From: Trichoplax adhaerens
Taxonomy: Eukaryota > Animalia > Placozoa
Direction of reading: 5' to 3'
NCBI RefSeq assembly: GCF_000150275.1
Contig: NW_002060945.1
Location: 4,141,397-4,205,396 of the forward strand
DNA length: 64,000 nt
In this document: positions 58,896-64,000 of the stretch, in pieces
Position numbering within the stretch: the first letter of the stretch is position 1
Layout of the letters: every line of letters starts with the position of its first letter
Notes under the pieces: generated by a model
What the model was told of the DNA's origin: nothing
The model's input: only the letters and a program-made list of their open reading frames with translations
Database searches by the model: none
Made by a program: the position numbers and the translations under genes

Positions 58896-60491
58896 TATAC
58901 TCTAGGATTAATTTATTTTCTTATAGTGAAGAATATATACAGGAAATTATAAACATTGTCTTGATGCTCACTGGGATTGCAAGCTCTGTTATTAGCACCT
59001 GATAAATGTACTAGAGAAATACGCATATATGAGCACATGCGCGTAATCTTTACAAGTCATATTTTGTGAAACCCTACCTACTCGACCTGTCATTGCTAAA
59101 CGAATTACTGTATTGCTTTTATACGTATTTGTCGGAAATTTAATAATGAAGTAGGAGGCATTATGGCCGATCAAGATTTTTGGACAAGGTAGTTTCATAC
59201 CGTATATGTAAAATTCTATTCGCTCAACAAATCTCAGAAGCAGAATATGCATAGAAGCATATCATAACGAAGATAGCAATGTATAGGATTGCATTATATT
59301 ATTGATGACAAAATTTAAATTGTATTATTTTGTTTTCAGAGCTTGCAGAAAGTTACATTACATAATTATTTAATGTAGTTGAATGTGATAGAGGTTATGA
59401 GGCCTATTTGGATTAATAAGACTAATTTTATTAATGCTAAAACTGAATAATAATATCAACAACTCATCGATATTGCTAAAATTGCCGCTTTATCTCATAT
59501 TATACGAAAAATACCTCACAAGTGCTGAAAGTTAAGTATGTACTCGTATTTATAAATTCGTTTTGTCGCTGTCAATAGCTGTAACGAGCTGATTGATTGA
59601 TGGTTGTAAGTCTTTGAATCAGGAATGAATTGCAAAAGGTTTCACAGATTTTCTACGTGTAATATCTTGTTTTGCTTATTAATTGTAATTATAATCATAC
59701 GTAGAGTTAATCAAAAACTACGCCAACTATCATTTACATTATGCAGTACTGGTACGTAGCATAAAAACCTAAGCTATAAAAGCGTAGGCTGAAGATCTTG
59801 ATCATTGAGATGATTTTGTTAATTTTATTGAGCAATCTTTACATAGATTCATCAGTATTGCAGCACATAGAGCTGTTATGCATTATGCAATTTTAAAGAA
59901 AATAATCTCATGTATCAGTTGGATATTCATACTGTAATACGATGCTGTGATACGATGCTGTATAAATGGTCAAATCTGAAACGACAATGAATTGAGCATT
60001 TACACTAGAGACCGGAAAATCCTTTTATAGGGTCCTGTTATTTACATGTAGACTACGTTCTACACTTCACCTACTGTATTATCATAAGTTGTTGCGGTAC
60101 ATAGTGTACTGTACAGTATATTTATTAGTAGCAAAGGAGATTTGAGATTAAAGACCGTGGACATAGCAAGTTAATATACGTATACAGTGGATTGAATGGA
60201 GCATCATATTTAAATAAAGATTACTGTGCCAACGGAAGGCAATGCAAATGCCTAATACCATAACCAAATAATTTAAGGATAACAATCCAGTAATAGATTA
60301 GGCCGACATTTTAACATCAAAGCAAGAATATTATTACCGCAGGAATACATTTTAACTTCGAATTTGCTTCAGACCAGCTAGACTACTTGAAATTCCTTTA
60401 CAGTAGATATAGTTATCGTGTTGAGAGTAAATTAACTTTTTCAATTAGTCAAAAATTGCCAAGCTGATTTGCATGGCACCATTTTTTTTCG

Positions 60492-60788
60492 TTAGAAATC
60501 GCTAACTCTTCCACCGCGCTCCCAGTCTCCAAAGCGTGTGGGTTCCGGGCCTCTAGGTCCATTGATTTCACCTGTTTCAGGATTGGTGTAAGCACTCAAA
60601 TCGTTCTCAGTAGAATCACTTTCTTCTTTAGTCGTATTTACTTTGTTGTTGTTCTGATCATCATCGGGACTTTGATTCGCCATCGATACCAATGCACGGC
60701 TGCATGTCCTCTTACGCATTTCTCCTATGAGTAGCATATCCTGAGTTAGTAATCTTGGAATGAATCTTTGCAATAAAGAGGTCATCAT
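60492..60788 (-). CDS. SDHAF4: Succinate dehydrogenase assembly factor 4 (DUF1674), intronless
   Basis: Presequence-like N-terminus; C-terminal [30 protein letters not shown] signature. Confidence 0.95.
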   Translation of the reverse strand: MMTSLLQRFIPRLLTQDMLLIGEMRKRTCSRALVSMANQSPDDDQNNNKVNTTKEESDSTENDLSAYTNPETGEINGPRGPEPTRFGDWERGGRVSDF

Positions 60789-61178
60789 TGCGGTCTTTCA
60801 GTCTTCAGTATACTGTAATAAGCGCTTGTATCTATTTAGATAGCTTCAAGGAATCAACGTTTTAAATACTGGATTGAACACCTAACCTTCAACTTGAGAT
60901 GGTTGCAGATTTGCAGTATTTGAGCACTTTACTGTTCCACCTAGAGGAATAAGATACAGTGTACAGTACATGACAGTACAGTGTAAACCTGTAATTTACA
61001 GTACACAGTACTGTGCTGACAGCTGCTCGGCTGGAAACAAAGGGATGCGTTCCGGTGTGACAAGTGATCCCGTGTCCCCTCAAGGCGCATGTGCAGGACA
61101 AGCGTCTCTTAGCATCATCGAATCTATATTAGCTAGTCGCGGCGTGGAAAGTTGATATTATTATTTTGGAGGAAATTA

Positions 61179-64000
61179 ATGGCTTCAAATTGTCAGCGTT
61201 TCCTATCACCAGAAGCTAGCCGTGTTACTAGGGAGAAACGCGGCCAAGTTCTTGGTCATAGAAGTGGATTCCGTGGTTGTACTATTTGGTTAACAGGTTT
61301 GTCAATACAACTCAATATTTTCTTAGGACATGCTTAATGATGCTCATTGATTCACATGGCTGCTGCTTACAATCATCATGTTGATTCAAAGAAATAATAG
61401 CGTATGTATCCAATCGATCCATGGATATTCTGCCTTAATTAATGATACAATAGTCTACATTAATCTAATCTTGTTTCATTGGGTAGAAAAGCTTGCAAAA
61501 TACTTGTTTGAATTCATCATGGATGATAACATTACCATACGTAGTGTACTAGGAATCGTATCCGAATGAAGTACATTGATACCAACAAAGCTGATAGCAA
61601 AAGCTTTCAATAACAGTTATATTAACCATCAACATGGACGACTTGTTAATACCAATGTTTTATCCGTATGCAATGGTCATCATAGCTACTTCATTAACTC
61701 GATAAGAACGATCGATAGTGTCGCATAACGGCAACACTATCTAAAATGAATTTTTTCCCCATCATTTATTGTTTTCTATACACAATCCTCTCAAAATATC
61801 AAACACTGCGCTGTCGTCTTTGTGTATCTCATAGTCATCGCATCGACTGTGATGAATGATGATCGTCTGGCCGATTAGAATTTTCAACACTACAACTATC
61901 ACGAACAATTTTATGTGTTTTCATCTTACATCAACGTCCATCACAGTTTATAGTTGCTGCACGTATTGCCCACAGTAGTTGTCATAATATCAGCGATCTG
62001 TCGCACCGATTCGATAAATAAAACCTAAAGGTAGACATGATCCAAAATTGCTACAAACAATAGTATCGGCAAATTGCGCAATTACAATCGGAGACATTAA
62101 AGGAAATTAATTCTCTACGTACGTGCGTCATAGAAATTTCCACGAGCAAGTTAACCGTTTTATCTTTTGTAGATCGGTAGCATTAGAGACCCTTAGGTAG
62201 CATGCGTCACTGAATACAAAAAAATCAAATCCATCGAAAATATTCTACATCATTTAGATTGTGCTTTGTATAGAATAGCAATGGTACCGACCTACAGTAT
62301 AACAATGCATACTTCTATACCAATAACTGAATCTCTGCTGTTATGCTGGAAAACTGCAATAATACATACAATAACTTTGCTAGAGTATTTCTTAAATTAG
62401 AGTTTTATTGAAATCATGAATCATTTAAGTTGAAAATTCATTCTATCAAATCTTGATGAACTATCGCAATAAATTAGTACAATACAGACATTTCATCCCA
62501 CGTCACACGATAGCTAATAAGATCATAATAAACCCTCTTTAATTAAATCGATATTACGATATTTACAATATTGATCACCTCTTAAAGTATTACCTTCATA
62601 GTAGGTATCCCTACCAGAATATCTCCGCTTAAACTCAACTTCGACCACTGTAGGCGTATTATTCAATATTGTCTCTCGGTACAGGAGATTAGATCCAATT
62701 GTAATAATTAATATTTATCTAAAGTACAGTACATCACTTGATAGCAGATACTACTAACATAATATGATATGAGCTTCTAATTCATTCTCTTGTGTGACTT
62801 TAATTATTATTAAATAAAATGTTCCAAGTTTCTCTTAAATAATGATCGTCACCCTTCTTCCTACTGAATCCATTTAGAATAACCGAAATAACCCTTACGG
62901 CCAATGTTGAAATCTCGCCACTATGATATAATACATGCATTTCTCCAATTATAATAATTAATATAGCAACATTCTCGCATTCTACTAATTACTATCAACA
63001 TAACTACAGTAGTATGTGTGAGCTACAAATTGAATCACTTTACTTGCTTTATTAACAAAACTATAGGACTATCTGGTGCTGGTAAAACCACCTTGAGTTA
63101 TACTTTAGAAGCTTATTTATGCAATAAAGGGATACCAGCATTTTCACTGGATGGTGATAATATTCGTACTGGCCTTGCTAAAGATTTAGCCTTCTCTGAA
63201 GCTGATCGAACTGAAAATATACGTCGAATTGGAGAAGTCGCAAAATTATTCGCTGATGCGGGAATCGTCACAATCGCTAGTGCTATTAGTCCATATCAAG
63301 CAGATCGACTTACTGTACGACAGTTACACCAACGAAGTGGCCTAAACTTTTTCGAATGCTATGTCAGTACATCATTAGAAGTATGCGAAAAGCGAGACAC
63401 CAAAGGCCTCTACAAGAAAGCCAGGGAAGGCGTTATCAAAGGTACACGTATCTATATAGTTATCGTATGATGCCACGATAAATAGTTATTTACGTAAGTT
63501 CAAAGTCTATAATCGATAGGAAAATCTTGATTGTATAGCTATTGTGCAGCAATAATTCAGATACCATTACTACTGGATATTTGTAAGTAAAATTTTTCAT
63601 CCAAGTGTACTAACTTATAGTATAAAATTTACTATTGTTGCAGATTTTACGGGCATAGATTCACCTTATGAAATACCTATCAATCCTGATATTGTTTTAA
63701 AAGCGGGAGAGTGGTCAGTTCAACAATGCGTTGATATAATTATCAATTTTTTAGAGGCAAAGGTTAGATATAAAATTATAGTATTAATAAGTTGGTCGTA
63801 CGAATAACTGCATCATATCTTTGATTATTTCTATCTAGTTAAAACTAAAACTGTTATTGTCCTAGATTTATTAAAATGTCAATTCTTTGTCATGCTATAT
63901 CATCTTGTGTAGAACATTATACCATTCTCTGCACTAAATATGGTACGAGAGCTTTTTGTGCAGCCAGATCAAGTAGAAGAAATGAAACAAATAGCAAGGA
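61179..64000 (+). CDS. PAPSS: Bifunctional PAPS synthase, 5' part (APS kinase domain and linker; continues beyond the window)
   Basis: Exon 61179-61296 ([21 protein letters not shown]) spliced to 63067 gives P-loop GLSGAGKT; [40 protein letters not shown]|FTGIDSPYE; the VRELFV linker toward ATP sulfurylase starts at ~63913. Confidence 0.95.

Overview
AT-rich, intron-dense eukaryotic (animal) genomic DNA with short GT-AG introns and compact intergenic spacing. It resembles an early-branching metazoan such as a placozoan (Trichoplax-like); that assignment is inference only. Manual splicing gives 11 protein-coding genes in order: CTDP1/FCP1(-), CDC6(+), UBA5(-), a large WDR87/WDR97-like WD40+HEAT gene(+), two tandem cyclophilin-B genes(-), MAP2K5(-), DCP2(-), NGRN(+), SDHAF4(-) and the 5' part of PAPSS(+). 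I found no prokaryotic-type system, CRISPR array, tRNA/rRNA or autonomous transposon, and no clearly new multi-gene system. The most notable observations are: (1) a cyclophilin-B tandem pair in which one copy keeps the signal peptide and an ERSE/UPRE-like promoter, while the other appears to have lost both; (2) an AT-AC U12-type intron in DCP2; (3) an (ACTGTACAGT/TACAG)-type repeat motif clustered at most promoters; (4) a 452-bp-period tandem duplication and a duplicated promoter module; (5) a doubled N-terminal barrel-hybrid module and a single intron in FCP1. All exon boundaries were read by eye, so internal coordinates marked ~ are approximate.
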